A DNA stretch of 64,000 nucleotides from a virus (lineage: Duplodnaviria > Caudoviricetes): IMG/VR virus record IMGVR_UViG_3300028887_000067, positions 128,001 to 192,000 of that record. One strand, written 5' to 3'. Made by a program: the position numbers and the translations under genes. Of the stretch, positions 40,055-51,100 are shown piece after piece (the stretch's first letter is position 1; every line of letters begins with the position of its first letter). The notes below the pieces were generated by a model. That model saw only the letters and a list, made by a program, of their open reading frames with translations. It had not been told where the DNA came from and did no database searches.

Positions 40055-40086
40055 GAAAGGCGGCCGAAAGGTCGCCTTTCTTTTTT
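40055..40086 (+). terminator. Intrinsic terminator
   Basis: GAAAGGCGGCC-GAAA-GGTCGCCTTTC followed by a T-run. Confidence 0.85.
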
Positions 40087-40120
40087 GTTTGGTTATGTCT
40101 ATTCAGCGCGTGTTGTTCAC

Positions 40121-41508
40121 AAAAGAGTGGGCAGGAAGATGCCACCCTTTAGGGTGGCGTAGGAATGCCCACGAGAACAGTTTGGGAACACTTTTAAGGT
40201 TTCATGATGAGAAATGAGTACAATATAGTTGCATCTGCCACAAGAATTTTATAAACTTTAATGTGAACACGGGTGAAAGTATGTGTACGATAACTTATAA
40301 TGCAGAACTCCGCTTCAAGGATAGAGCAGACCAAGAATACTGGTCTAGTCTTCTTGAAGTGGCCAGACTTGCGTATAATGAATGTGCCAACATACTTGAT
40401 TCCAACAAGATACACTTGGACTTGAAGTCCGTACACAATGCAGTGTACTATATCTTGAGAGAAGATTTCCCAACAATACCGTCTCAAGGCATCATCAAGA
40501 TATACAAGGAGTGCATATCGGCATTCCGTTCAATCAACTCCAATGGACATATAGAACACAAGATTCCAACCAAGAAGAACCTGTCTATGCGGTTGGACAA
40601 GCGGCTCTACTCCAAAATGAGTATTGATGGAATATCGCTCTGCTCGGAGAAATCCAACCGACGGGCGGTTGCCGAAATCGTTAAGTTTCCTAAATTGATT
40701 GAGTTGTTCAAGAAATATCCGACGCAAGACCCTCTTATCTTCAAACGAGATGACAAGTTTTATCTGTCCATTCCGTTTGATGCACCGGAAATTCCTGTCC
40801 AGAACGACAACTGCATAGGCGTGGACTTGGGTGAGCGTAGGTTTGCGATTACATCGGATGGCATCATGCTCAACGACAGGGAATATAATGCCCGTAGACG
40901 CAAACTCCGCTACTTGAAGCGTTGCTTGCAGAAGAAGGGAACTAAGTCCGCTAGACGGCATAAGGGCAAGTTATCCATCAAGGAGATGAACCAGTCCACG
41001 GATATGTGCTACAAGGTAGCAAACGCAATCATCGACAGCACAACGGATAGTTTCATCATCATCGAAGATTTGAGCAATATCAAGAAGAATACTTCCAAGT
41101 CCAAGGAAGGATTCAAAAAGAAAAATCATAACCGTAGAATAGGGCAAGTTCCATTCTACAAGTTCAAGCAAATCTTGTCATACAAGGCACTACTCCACGG
41201 AAAGCGGGTAGAAACAGTTTCTCCGTTTATGACAAGCCAGACCGACTGCACCACGGGCAAAAAGGACGGCATCCGCAAGAACCGAAGATTCTATTGCAAG
41301 AACGGAATTGTATTGGATGCCGACTGGAACGGTGCAGTCAATATCGCTCAAAAGAGCAAACATCCCTTCTCGTTCAAGATGCCCCTAGACGGTACTCTGA
41401 AAACTTGGAGGGCAGGGTGTAAGTCAACCACCCAATCGTACATCAGTCTCCCTGCGGAAACAATGGGAGCCGTACAAGCTCACGCCCTTTAGGGCGTGGG
41501 TAGTTGAC
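40121..41508 (+). mobile_element. Non-autonomous IS200/IS605-family (IS1341-like, tnpB-only) element, 1388 bp
   Basis: Left-end hairpin ATGCCACCCT-TT-AGGGTGGCGT with guide GAAG and target TCAC at 40117-40120. Right-end hairpin CTCACGCCCT-TT-AGGGCGTGGG with guide CAAG and terminal TGAC. More AT-rich than its flanks. Confidence 0.9.
40281..41492 (+). CDS. tnpB: TnpB RNA-guided RuvC endonuclease
   Basis: RuvC-I GVDLG, RuvC-II IIIEDL, TSQTDC, RuvC-III DADWNGAVNI; the stop codon lies inside the right-end hairpin. Confidence 0.93.
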   Translation: MCTITYNAELRFKDRADQEYWSSLLEVARLAYNECANILDSNKIHLDLKSVHNAVYYILREDFPTIPSQGIIKIYKECISAFRSINSNGHIEHKIPTKKNLSMRLDKRLYSKMSIDGISLCSEKSNRRAVAEIVKFPKLIELFKKYPTQDPLIFKRDDKFYLSIPFDAPEIPVQNDNCIGVDLGERRFAITSDGIMLNDREYNARRRKLRYLKRCLQKKGTKSARRHKGKLSIKEMNQSTDMCYKVANAIIDSTTDSFIIIEDLSNIKKNTSKSKEGFKKKNHNRRIGQVPFYKFKQILSYKALLHGKRVETVSPFMTSQTDCTTGKKDGIRKNRRFYCKNGIVLDADWNGAVNIAQKSKHPFSFKMPLDGTLKTWRAGCKSTTQSYISLPAETMGAVQAHAL

Positions 41509-41528
41509 TTCTGGAAACATATCGTTGT
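41340..41528 (+). ncRNA. Predicted omega/reRNA (5' end approximate) with 3' guide TTCTGGAAACATATCGTTGT
   Basis: The loop of hairpin GGGTG-TAAGTCAAC-CACCC (GTCAAC, 41423-41428) is complementary to the terminal GTTGAC (41503-41508), giving a pseudoknot. CTCCC/GGGAG stem and right-end hairpin also present. Confidence 0.75.
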
Positions 41529-41631
41529 GTCCTTCAGGTTGAAGTACCGTATATAATTGGTCCGAACACGGAAGAGATCGCCCAAACCATTGTTCGGGAG
41601 CATATCATCAATACATAGAGGTCGGCGTCGG

Positions 41632-42222
41632 TCATTTTGATACCATAAGCTGCTCTCCCGCTTTCTTTATGCAAGTCAGCAGGACTTCTTTCCAATTTCC
41701 ATTCTGGTCGAACTTGCCGGCGAGCTCGATGGGCCGGTCCACGATCTTCTTCCGGTTTTTCGATATGCCTAGCTTGAACGTGGTGCTGTCGGCGAAGCTG
41801 AAGTTGAGCATGATGGATTCGTTCTTGAACACCGACATGTACTTCGATTCGCAGTCACGCTTGAATCCGGCGCCGACCAGTAAGTCGGTAAGCGCCTTCC
41901 TGTTCTCGTCGGATGCGTTCTTCTCTTTTACCAGCTCGGTTTCCTTGATGGCCACGTAGACGCTTATCTGTCCGCAGGCGGCGTCCGGCGCGGCATCCTT
42001 GAGCGTGATGGAGTCGGTCTTGGCGCCAGCGTAGTTCACGAACGCCACCCTGATGGTCTTGTGGCCGCCCGGATTGGAAAACGTTACCGAAACGCTACCT
42101 TCCAGCCTCAGTTTCTCGTCGGTGAGATTGATCGAAATGCTGTGACCGTCGTCACGTGCTATCTCGTGCGTGAGCGAGAGCCTGTCGGTTATGGCCTGCT
42201 TGTATAGTTCTAGCGGAGACAT
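41632..42222 (-). CDS. Hypothetical protein
   Basis: 196-aa ORF in operon with the upstream gene. Confidence 0.75.
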   Translation of the reverse strand: MSPLELYKQAITDRLSLTHEIARDDGHSISINLTDEKLRLEGSVSVTFSNPGGHKTIRVAFVNYAGAKTDSITLKDAAPDAACGQISVYVAIKETELVKEKNASDENRKALTDLLVGAGFKRDCESKYMSVFKNESIMLNFSFADSTTFKLGISKNRKKIVDRPIELAGKFDQNGNWKEVLLTCIKKAGEQLMVSK

Positions 42223-42223
42223 A

Positions 42224-42763
42224 TCATTCCTTGGTTGCTGGCTTGAGCGCCGGGTCTTTCTCGACCGCGTTGCTGATGTCGAAGTCTATATGCACCTGCG
42301 ACATGATCAGGTCTACCTCGCTTAGGATCCCGCCCGCGATGTCGGGGTCGAGCTTGGACGCTTTCTTCCGCAGGCGTTCGCAGGCGTCCTTGATGATGTC
42401 GTACTGTTTCGGGGCCAGGTCTTTCCGCGTGAAGTAGAGCCTGTGCGCGTTGGTGAGCGAACGGAACAGGCTGGACTCGCCCGTGAACTGCAACGTGGAT
42501 TCGGCCGTCACCTCGCCCATCGTGATGAACACGCGCTCGACGTTGGCCTTGCCGTCCTTGGACGAGTACGTGCCCCTGAACTTGCCGTAGAGGTCGCCTG
42601 CCGCGTATTCGCCGGAGAACCCGATAGTCTCCGTGTGCAGTACCTTCCTGATGGAATGAGTCTCGACCACGGCCACCTCGGCGTCCGCCTCGAACACGAA
42701 CGACATCGCGTCTGACAGCTGCTTGGCGAATAGATCGTTGAAGTTCTCGGACTCGAAAATCAT
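42224..42763 (-). CDS. Hypothetical protein, putative processed head protein
   Basis: 179 aa; N-terminal MIFESE and FVFEAD motifs. Confidence 0.7.
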   Translation of the reverse strand: MIFESENFNDLFAKQLSDAMSFVFEADAEVAVVETHSIRKVLHTETIGFSGEYAAGDLYGKFRGTYSSKDGKANVERVFITMGEVTAESTLQFTGESSLFRSLTNAHRLYFTRKDLAPKQYDIIKDACERLRKKASKLDPDIAGGILSEVDLIMSQVHIDFDISNAVEKDPALKPATKE

Positions 42764-42887
42764 CGAAATACCCCGAATTTGGATTATAAACTATAAATTA
42801 TTACATTCCCGGTCAAATGAGCTAGTTTAGAATGAAGGCGGGACAACGGCCCGTTCTTCGGTTTTAACTACAATATGAGGATTTTTA

Positions 42888-43442
42888 ATGCGTTCACGCG
42901 ATGAAATAAAAGTTTTCCTGAAGGATGTGCAAGGCAAGGATTTGGGTATTGTCGAACGTGCGAAGCTTTTTGCCGAGTTCGCCCACGCGGGGCAGCTCGA
43001 CAAGGGAGGACAGAACTACATCTACCACCCCACGCGGGTCGCCGAGTCGACCGCCGAGGCCTACAATGACGACTACCTCACCGCGATAGCCTACATGCAC
43101 GATGTCGTAGAGGACGGTGGTTTCACCGTTAGCGACCTAGCCGCCTACTTCCCGGTGGCCGTCTGGAAGACGGTCGAGCTCCTGACGAGGGGCAAGTCCG
43201 ACGAGAGGTCGAAGTATATCGACACCATCGCCACCAACCTTCTCGCTACCAAGGTCAAGCTGATGGACCTGAAGGACAACATGAACCTCTCCAGGCTCAC
43301 CTACGTGACGGAGAAGGACAACCAACGACAGAGCCGATACGTGGACGAGTACAGAAAGCTGAACGCCGTGCTCGCCAATTTCAACGAGACCCTGTCGCCG
43401 GAAGAGATGGAAACCGAGACCTACGCCGACCTGTATATGTAG
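42888..43442 (+). CDS. Standalone HD-domain hydrolase (SpoT/Mesh1-like small alarmone hydrolase)
   Basis: AHAGQLDKGGQNYIYHP, AYMHDVVED, VELLT, VKLMDLKDNM. Confidence 0.88.
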   Translation: MRSRDEIKVFLKDVQGKDLGIVERAKLFAEFAHAGQLDKGGQNYIYHPTRVAESTAEAYNDDYLTAIAYMHDVVEDGGFTVSDLAAYFPVAVWKTVELLTRGKSDERSKYIDTIATNLLATKVKLMDLKDNMNLSRLTYVTEKDNQRQSRYVDEYRKLNAVLANFNETLSPEEMETETYADLYM

Positions 43443-43461
43443 GATAATCCGCTGCGAAAAA

Positions 43462-43490
43462 CAAAAAAGCCGCTTCCCAGCGGCTTTTGT
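43462..43490. terminator. Bidirectional terminator
   Basis: AAAAAAGCCGCT-TCCC-AGCGGCTTTT. Confidence 0.85.
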
Positions 43491-43507
43491 TTGTTGATGG
43501 TTGATGT

Positions 43508-44230
43508 TTAGATGATCCAGTCGACGGCGGCGATGACCGGCTTGTAGTTCTTGAACGGTTCAATCCGGCTTCCCCACTTCGTCATGTTTCCGCAGAGCCC
43601 CGTGTTGTACGGGAAAAGCTTGCTGTACTTGCACTCGGCAGGTTCGTCGTGGAGACGGAGAAGCGAGAGTCCTTCGTGGCAGGCGAGCATGTCGTGCTGT
43701 AGCTTGCCGCGACGCACCCCGTACTCGTCCTCGATCATCTGCCTCATCCCCGCCCATATGCCGTCCGTCGTGTTCCTCTGGTTGTGGCACACGTTCTTGC
43801 CGACGAGAATGATCTGCTTGATGTTGTCGCTCGTGAGGACTTCCTCGGTCGCCTTTACGTCGCAGTTGAAGTTGTAAGTCCGGACTTCGGACTTGCCCCT
43901 GAACTTATCGAGCTGGCGCGGGATGGGAACCACGTTCGCGCCGACGAAACCGCCGTTCATCACGAGGTTCTCCAGCTTGTGGTTCCTGACGTAGCGGGCG
44001 ACCGAAGTGAGGGCGCCCCCGATGAAAATGGTGTCGGTTCCTTCGGGAATCTCGTCGAGCACCTCGATGCCGAGATTCCTGAGGAGTTCAACTCTCTGTT
44101 TGCCGACTTCCGAAGCCGGCTTGGGATCGAGCACGACGTTCGCAAGGACCCCCTTGTCGAACATATACCTTGCCGCGATCAAATCATCGACGTCCTGGTC
44201 GATGTCTGCTATGTATGTGATCTGTTTCAT
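43508..44230 (-). CDS. Nucleoside hydrolase (IU-NH) fold protein
   Basis: DIDQDVDD (DxDxxxDD), GGALT, MNGG, YNFNCD..A, QHDMLA. Confidence 0.75.
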   Translation of the reverse strand: MKQITYIADIDQDVDDLIAARYMFDKGVLANVVLDPKPASEVGKQRVELLRNLGIEVLDEIPEGTDTIFIGGALTSVARYVRNHKLENLVMNGGFVGANVVPIPRQLDKFRGKSEVRTYNFNCDVKATEEVLTSDNIKQIILVGKNVCHNQRNTTDGIWAGMRQMIEDEYGVRRGKLQHDMLACHEGLSLLRLHDEPAECKYSKLFPYNTGLCGNMTKWGSRIEPFKNYKPVIAAVDWII

Positions 44231-44239
44231 AATGGCCAT

Positions 44240-44268
44240 AATATACATTATCATGACCGTCTTGTCAA
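44240..44268 (-). promoter_or_regulatory. Early (host sigma70) promoter
   Basis: TTGACA-N17-TATATT on the minus strand, ending 9 nt before the ATG at 44230. Confidence 0.8.
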
Positions 44269-44281
44269 TACTTGTTCCGAA

Positions 44282-45028
44282 TTATTGTTTCGCTTTTGCA
44301 GCCACGTCGGGAGCGATCAGGTCGTCCGTGCTTTCCTCCGGCGCTTCGGGAGCGGGAGCCGGAGCGGGCTCGGTTTTAGGCGCCGGCTTCGGCTGCGGTT
44401 TGGCCTTTGCCACGGCTGCCTTCTTGGCCTTGCTCGCCTCCTGCGCACGCTGTATGGACTCGCGACTGCAGGACTGTACTAGGATGAGGACGGCCTTGGA
44501 TATGTCCTTCACCGTGTAGTTGTCGCCCGATTTCATCGCGAACTGGGTCACCGCCTTGGTGAAGAAGGGCACCAACTTATCCAGCTTGACTTGCTGTGCG
44601 GCGTTGGTGACGCCGAGGGTCCGGAGCGCGTATCGTGCGGTCTTCAGCAGGTTCCCGGATTTCTTGAAGTCCTCGACGAGCTTAGCGGGGGTCGGGCGAA
44701 GACCCTGTTCGACCGAGTCGCTGTTGACGGCGTCGGCCTGCATCTCGGGCGTTGCCGCTGTCTCAGGTGAGATTTCAGTGGACGGCTCAGTTGACTGGTC
44801 GACCGGTTCAGACGGCTGTTCGGGCTGGGCTTCGGGATCGCCGGATGTTTCGCCGGTAGCTTGTACATCGGGGGCCTCCAGCGAGTCGTCCGTGGCTTCC
44901 GCAGGTCCGGCGTCGCTATCGGATGGCATATCCTCGTCCTTGAACGGGCTCGCGCCTTCCTCACCCTCGAAGATGAAGCACCCGCCGTTGCGGAACGCTG
45001 CGATGAAGTCATATTCGTTCTGTTTCAT
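44282..45028 (-). CDS. Acidic/Pro-rich hypothetical protein, putative internal head protein
   Basis: Start reassigned to MKQNEY (GAGG RBS, upstream TATAAACTA); FIFEGEE motif. Confidence 0.7.
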   Translation of the reverse strand: MKQNEYDFIAAFRNGGCFIFEGEEGASPFKDEDMPSDSDAGPAEATDDSLEAPDVQATGETSGDPEAQPEQPSEPVDQSTEPSTEISPETAATPEMQADAVNSDSVEQGLRPTPAKLVEDFKKSGNLLKTARYALRTLGVTNAAQQVKLDKLVPFFTKAVTQFAMKSGDNYTVKDISKAVLILVQSCSRESIQRAQEASKAKKAAVAKAKPQPKPAPKTEPAPAPAPEAPEESTDDLIAPDVAAKAKQ

Positions 45029-45121
45029 GTCTGCCCTCGTGTCAGTCTCCCGTAGTTTATAAGGTTTTTCCTTTGATCCTCTGATAAACTGACGGGTGAA
45101 CGCGAACGCGGATGGAGAACT

Positions 45122-48100
45122 ATGGAGATTACTACGCACGTTTTGACATCAAAACAAACCTTGAGCACTGACCAACAGCACCAGGCTCGTAAGAACGTAC
45201 AGGCGGTCGGCGCGGTCAAAGTTGACGGCTCGACCACGATTTCTCCAGATCCAAACAATAACGACATAGTTGACCTTTCTGGCGCATTCGATACAATCCA
45301 GAACGCAATCGAGAACGTGCGACAAGTCCCTACCGTTCAATCGTCGGACAATGGCAAGGTACTGGGGGTGACCGACGCGAATGGCTCGATCGGGTGGGTT
45401 GAATCGCAGGTGGCTTCCCAGGTAAATGCGGACTGGACGGCTACTGAAGGCGTTGCGGAAATTCTTCACAAGCCGGATTTGAGCGTATATGCCCAAGCTG
45501 CTGACTTGTCTTCCGTGGCAACTTCGGGGTCGTACAATGACCTCGAAGATAAGCCGGACCTCGCTGGATACGCGGTTAAATCGGAAATGTCGGTAACGGC
45601 TGGTTCAGGCGCGGACGTTGACAAGACGACTATTCAGCTGAAGTCTGGTATATCCGCCACCGTCCTTACTACGCACCAAGATGTCACGGGAAAGGCTGAC
45701 AAGGTGGCTAACGCGACGGTCGGTAACTTGGCCTCGCTTGACTCCAACGGCAACTTGTCCGATTCTGGCGTGGCGTCGGCCAACTTGGTCCATGACGGCT
45801 CGTACGTACATACGGACAACAACTACACGAACGCCGACAAGACTAAGCTGGAGGGTATTGCTTCCGGTGCCGAGGTCAACATTCAGAGCGACTGGAACCA
45901 GACCGATGATACCGCCGACGACTTTATCAAGAACAAGCCTGAGATTCCCGCCGCGCAAGTCAAGGCAGACTGGAACGCAAGCGGAACCGTTGCCGAAATT
46001 CTTAACAAGCCGACAATTCCCACGGTCGACCAAGCATTTGATGCGACATCGACCAATGCCCAATCGGGTGTCGCCGTGTCCGGTGCCGTATCGGGCAAAT
46101 ATGAAAAACCGTCAGGTGGGATTCCGGCGACTGACTTGGAATCAGCTGTGCAGACGTCCTTAGGTAAATCCGATTCCGCGATTCAGGGTGTAAAGGTCAA
46201 TCATTCGTTATTGACGCCCGACGCGGACAAGGTAGTTGACGTCGTAGTCGACGAAGTCCCTACGGTGACCAGTACCGATAACGGCAAGGTTCTGAAGGCG
46301 TCGTATAACAATGGGGTTGCTTCGTATGCTTGGCAATCGGAAGGCGGTGGATCCCAGAGCGTGGTTGACCAGCACTACAGCGCGTCGTCCACCAATGCGC
46401 AGTCCGGTACCGCCGTTGCTGAGGCTATCGGCACGGTTCGACAGGTTCCGTCTACTCAGTCGAGCGACGAGAATAAAGTGCTCGGGGTTACTGATGCGAA
46501 CGGAACGCTCGGGTGGGTTACTCCTGCGGCTTCGCAGGTAAACGCCGACTGGAATGCGACATCGGGTGCTGCAGAAATACTTAACAAGCCTTCCTTGGCG
46601 GCGGTGGCCACATCGGGTGCATATTCAGACTTGAGCGGGACGCCGGACCTTAGTAACTACGTCACCGATGCGTCATACGTCCACACGGACAATAACTACA
46701 CGAACGCCGACAAGAACAAGCTCGCCGGCATTGCCGCCGGCGCAGAGGTCAACGTTCAGAGCGACTGGAACCAGACTGATGATACCGCCGACGATTTTAT
46801 AAAGAATAAACCGACGATTCCATCGTTCAACCAGACACAGATGGATGCAATCGATAGCGGGATTACATCAGCCAAGGTTGACGGCTACGATCGCCACGTG
46901 TCGGACACGGATGTCCATGTCACCACTTCGGATAAAACTGCGTGGAATGCTAAGTATGACAAGCCGTCCGGTGGCATTCCTAAGGCGGATATGGCAGACG
47001 CCGTCCAGACGTCGCTAGGAAAGGCCGACACCGCGTTGCAAGAGCATCAGGATATTTCGGGAAAGGCCGATAAATCTGAGATGTCGGTGGTTGCCGGAAC
47101 AGGAACCAATGCGGACAAGACGACGATTACGTTGAAGAGCGGAACATCAGCGACAGTGTTGACTTCTCACCAGGATATCAGTGGTAAGCAAGATGTCATA
47201 AGCGACTTATCCGATATCCGTAGCGGGGCCTCCGCCGGCGCGACCGCCGTACAACCGGGTGACCTCGCGACCGTGGCCACGTCGGGTTCGTACAGCGACC
47301 TGTCCAACAAACCGACAATTCCTGCGGCTCAGGTAAATTCCGACTGGAATGCTTCTTCTGGTGTTGCAGAAATTCTCAATAAGCCTTCTTTGTCTGCGGT
47401 GGCTACTTCGGGTTCGTACACGGATTTGACCGATACGCCGTCTATTCCTGCGGCTCAGGTAAATTCCGATTGGGATGCTTCTTCCGGCGTTGCCCAAATT
47501 CTCAATAAGCCGTCTTTGGCTACGGTGGCTACGTCCGGCGATTACGACGACTTAACCAATAAGCCGTTAATTCCGGACGCCCAGGTAAATTCCGACTGGA
47601 ATGCTTCTTCTGGTGTTGCAGAAATTCTTAACAAGCCTACCTTGGCTACGGTGGCTACGTCCGGTGATTACGATGACTTAACCAATAAGCCGTCGATTCC
47701 TGCGGCTCAGGTAAATTCCGACTGGGATGCTTTCTCTGGCGTTGCTCAAATTCTCAATAAGCCTACCTTAGCTGCGGTGGCTACGTCGGGTTCGTACAAC
47801 GATTTGTCCAACAAACCGACGATTCCTGCGGCTCAAGTTCAGTCAGATTGGGAGCAAGATGATTCTAGCGAAGTTGACTATATCAAGAATAAACCTTCCT
47901 TGGCTTCGGTGGCCACGTCGGGTTCGTACAACGACTTAACCAATAAGCCGACGATTCCTGCGGCTCAAGTAAATTCCGACTGGAATGCTTCTTCCGGCGT
48001 TGCGGAAATTCTTAACAAGCCGTCGATCCCTAGTGTTGATCAATCATATGGCTCTTCTTCCACTAATGCGCAGTCCGGTACCGCAGTCGCGGAAGCCATC

Positions 48101-51100
48101 GGCACGGTTCGGCAGGTTCCGTCTACTCAGTCGAGCGACAACGGCAAGGTGCTCGGAGTTACCGATACGAGTGGTTCGCTTGGCTGGGTGGACCAGCCGG
48201 CCGATGAGCTGCCATCTATTACCGGAAACGGCGGTAAGGTGCTGAAAGTCAACGCTGGCGCTACTGCGGTCGAATGGGACGACGAAACTGACACTACCTA
48301 TGAAAGCAAGACAGCTGCGGAAAGCGGAACCGATGTGTCCTTGGTTACGACCGGCGAGAAATACACTTGGGACCATAAGCAAGATGCCCTCTCCTTTGAC
48401 GGTACATACACCGCATCGTCCAACAAGGTTGCTACCGAGTCCACCGTTAGCTCTGCTGTACAGGCTCTCGATGCCGAAGTTACGTCATCCGACGGCACGA
48501 ACGTGCAAGTCAAGGTTACCGAGGCGAACGGCAAGGTCACCGCAGTGAACATCACTACGGACAATACCGAGTCGAAATCCAACAAGAAGCAGAGCATTGA
48601 CTCGACTTCGGAAACCGAATATCCGTCGAGCAAGGCGGTCGCCAACTTTGTCAATTCGTCCGTGGCCACGGCGACGGCGAGGTTCCTTGGCAGCTTTACG
48701 CTGACCAACCTGGGCCTGTCCTACGGCGCTACCAATGCGCAGATTGCGACTGCTCTCGACAACCATACCTGGCCGAGCGGAACGACGCCGACCAATAACG
48801 ACTACGTGTACGTGGAGATACAAGACCCGCAGACCACTGGCATTGATGACGAGGTTCGCCGGTTCAAGTTCAACGGAACTGTATGGGCCTACGAATACAC
48901 GCTGAACAACTCTTCGTTCACCGCTGCTGAAAAGGCCGCTATCGATTCCGGAATCACCGCGACTGCGGTGAGCAACTACAATACCCACATTGACGATACC
49001 GATATTCATGTTACATCGTCGGACAAGAGTGATTGGAATGCTAAATACGATCTCCCTTCTGGTGGCATTCCCAGCACCGATCTCAGCTCGGATGTCCAGA
49101 CATCACTTGGAAAGGCAGATACCGCGTTGCAGTCCCACCAGGATATTAGCGGCAAGGCTGATAAGGTAAGCGGGGCGACGAGTGGAAACTTCGCTGCTCT
49201 GGATGGCAACGGCAACCTCGTTGACTCCAACAGCAAGGCCAGCGACTTCGCTACCTCTGCACAGGGTACCAAGGCCGATTCTGCCATACAGGAAATCAAG
49301 GTCAATGGGTCTTCCCAGTCACCCGATGCAAACAAGGTGATCGATATTACAGTCCCGGCTGCACAAGTCAACTCGGATTGGAATGCTTCATCGGGTGTAG
49401 CGGAAATCCTTAATAAGCCAAATCTCGGACTATATGCAGAAAAGTCCGAAATGTCGGTGACGGCGGGAACAGGAACCGATGCGGACAAAACCACTATCCA
49501 ATTGAAGACGGGATTGACCGCGACGGTTCTTACCGCCCACCAAGACATAAGCGGTAAGCAGGATACTATTAGTGATTTGCAGACTATTCGTGAGGGCGCA
49601 TCTGCCGGAGCGACCGCTTACCAGAAGCCGTCTGGGGGTATTCCTGATACTGACCTCAGTTCATCTGTTCAGACATCACTAGGAAAAGCGGACACCGCTC
49701 TCCAGAGTCATCAGGACATCAGCGGGAAAGCCGATAAGGTCAGTGGTGCCACTAACGGAAACTTTGCGGGCCTCGACAGTAACGGTAATCTTACCGATTC
49801 CGGGAGCAAGGCCGGCGATTTTGCAACAGCGGCGCAAGGCGGAAAAGCAGATACAGCGGTTCAGCCAGGCGACCTGGCCACTGTCGCAACCAGCGGGTCA
49901 TACACTGACCTCTCCAATACTCCGGACTTGTCTGATTATGTGTTGTCATCCAGTCTGGCCACTGTCGCAACCTCCGGCTCCTATACCGATCTAAGCAATA
50001 CACCTGATATCCCGACGGTCGACCAAACGTATGATGGTACCTCTGCCAACGCCCAATCTGGTGTTGCCGTGGCAAGCGTAATATCGGATAAGGCCGATAA
50101 GGTGAGCGGTGCAACAAACGGTAACTTTGCCGGCCTCGACTCTAACGGAAATCTCACCGATTCCGGTAGCAAGGCCGGCGACTTCGCCACCTCTGCACAG
50201 GGTGCCAAGGCTGATTCGGCATATCAGAAGCCGTCCGGTGGCATTCCCGATACTGACCTCAGTTCTGGGGTACAAGCGTCGCTCGGAAAAGCAGATACGG
50301 CGGTTCAACCGGGCAACCTGGCCACGGTTGCAACCAGTGGGTCGTACACTGATCTCTCCAACACTCCGGACTTGTCTGGTTATGCGTTGTCATCCAGCCT
50401 GGCCACCGTCGCAACCAGTGGTGACTATAATGACTTGGATAATCTGCCGACTATTCCGACCGTTGACCAGTCATATGATGCGTCTTCGGTCAATGCCCAG
50501 TCCGGTGTCGCTGTGGCAAGCGCAATCTCGGATAAAGCCGATAAAGTATCTTCCGCAACTAACGGCAACTTTGCCGGCCTCGACAGTAACGGCAATCTTA
50601 CTGATTCCGGGAGCAAGGCCAGCGACTTCGCTACAGCAGCACAGGGTGCCAAGGCTGATTCGGCATATCAGAAGCCGTCGGGGGGTATTCCCGATACTGA
50701 CCTCAGTTCATCTGTCCAGACATCACTTGGAAAGGCAGATACCGCGTTGCAGTCCCACCAGGATATTAGCGGCAAGGCTGATAAGGTAAGCGGTGCCACA
50801 AACGGTAACTTTGCTGGCCTCGACTCCAGTGGAAATCTCACCGATTCGGGTAGCAAGGCCAGTGACTTCGCTACAGCAGCACAGGGTACCCTGGCCGATT
50901 CGGCATATCAGAAGCCATCCGGAGGCATTCCTGATACTGACCTCAGTTCTGGGGTGCAAGCGTCGCTTGCTAAGGCAGATACCGCTTTGCAGTCCCACCA
51001 GGACATCAGCGGTAAAGCCGATAAGGTAAGCGGTGCCACAAACGGCAACTTTGCCGGTCTTGACTCTAACGGAAATCTCACCGATTCCGGTAGCAAGGCC

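Noticed and set aside
41509-41603. Small minus-strand ORF (MLPNNGLGD..FQK) whose stop would be the IS target GTGA
   Set aside because: Only 32 codons with no independent support; plausible but not reportable as a gene.
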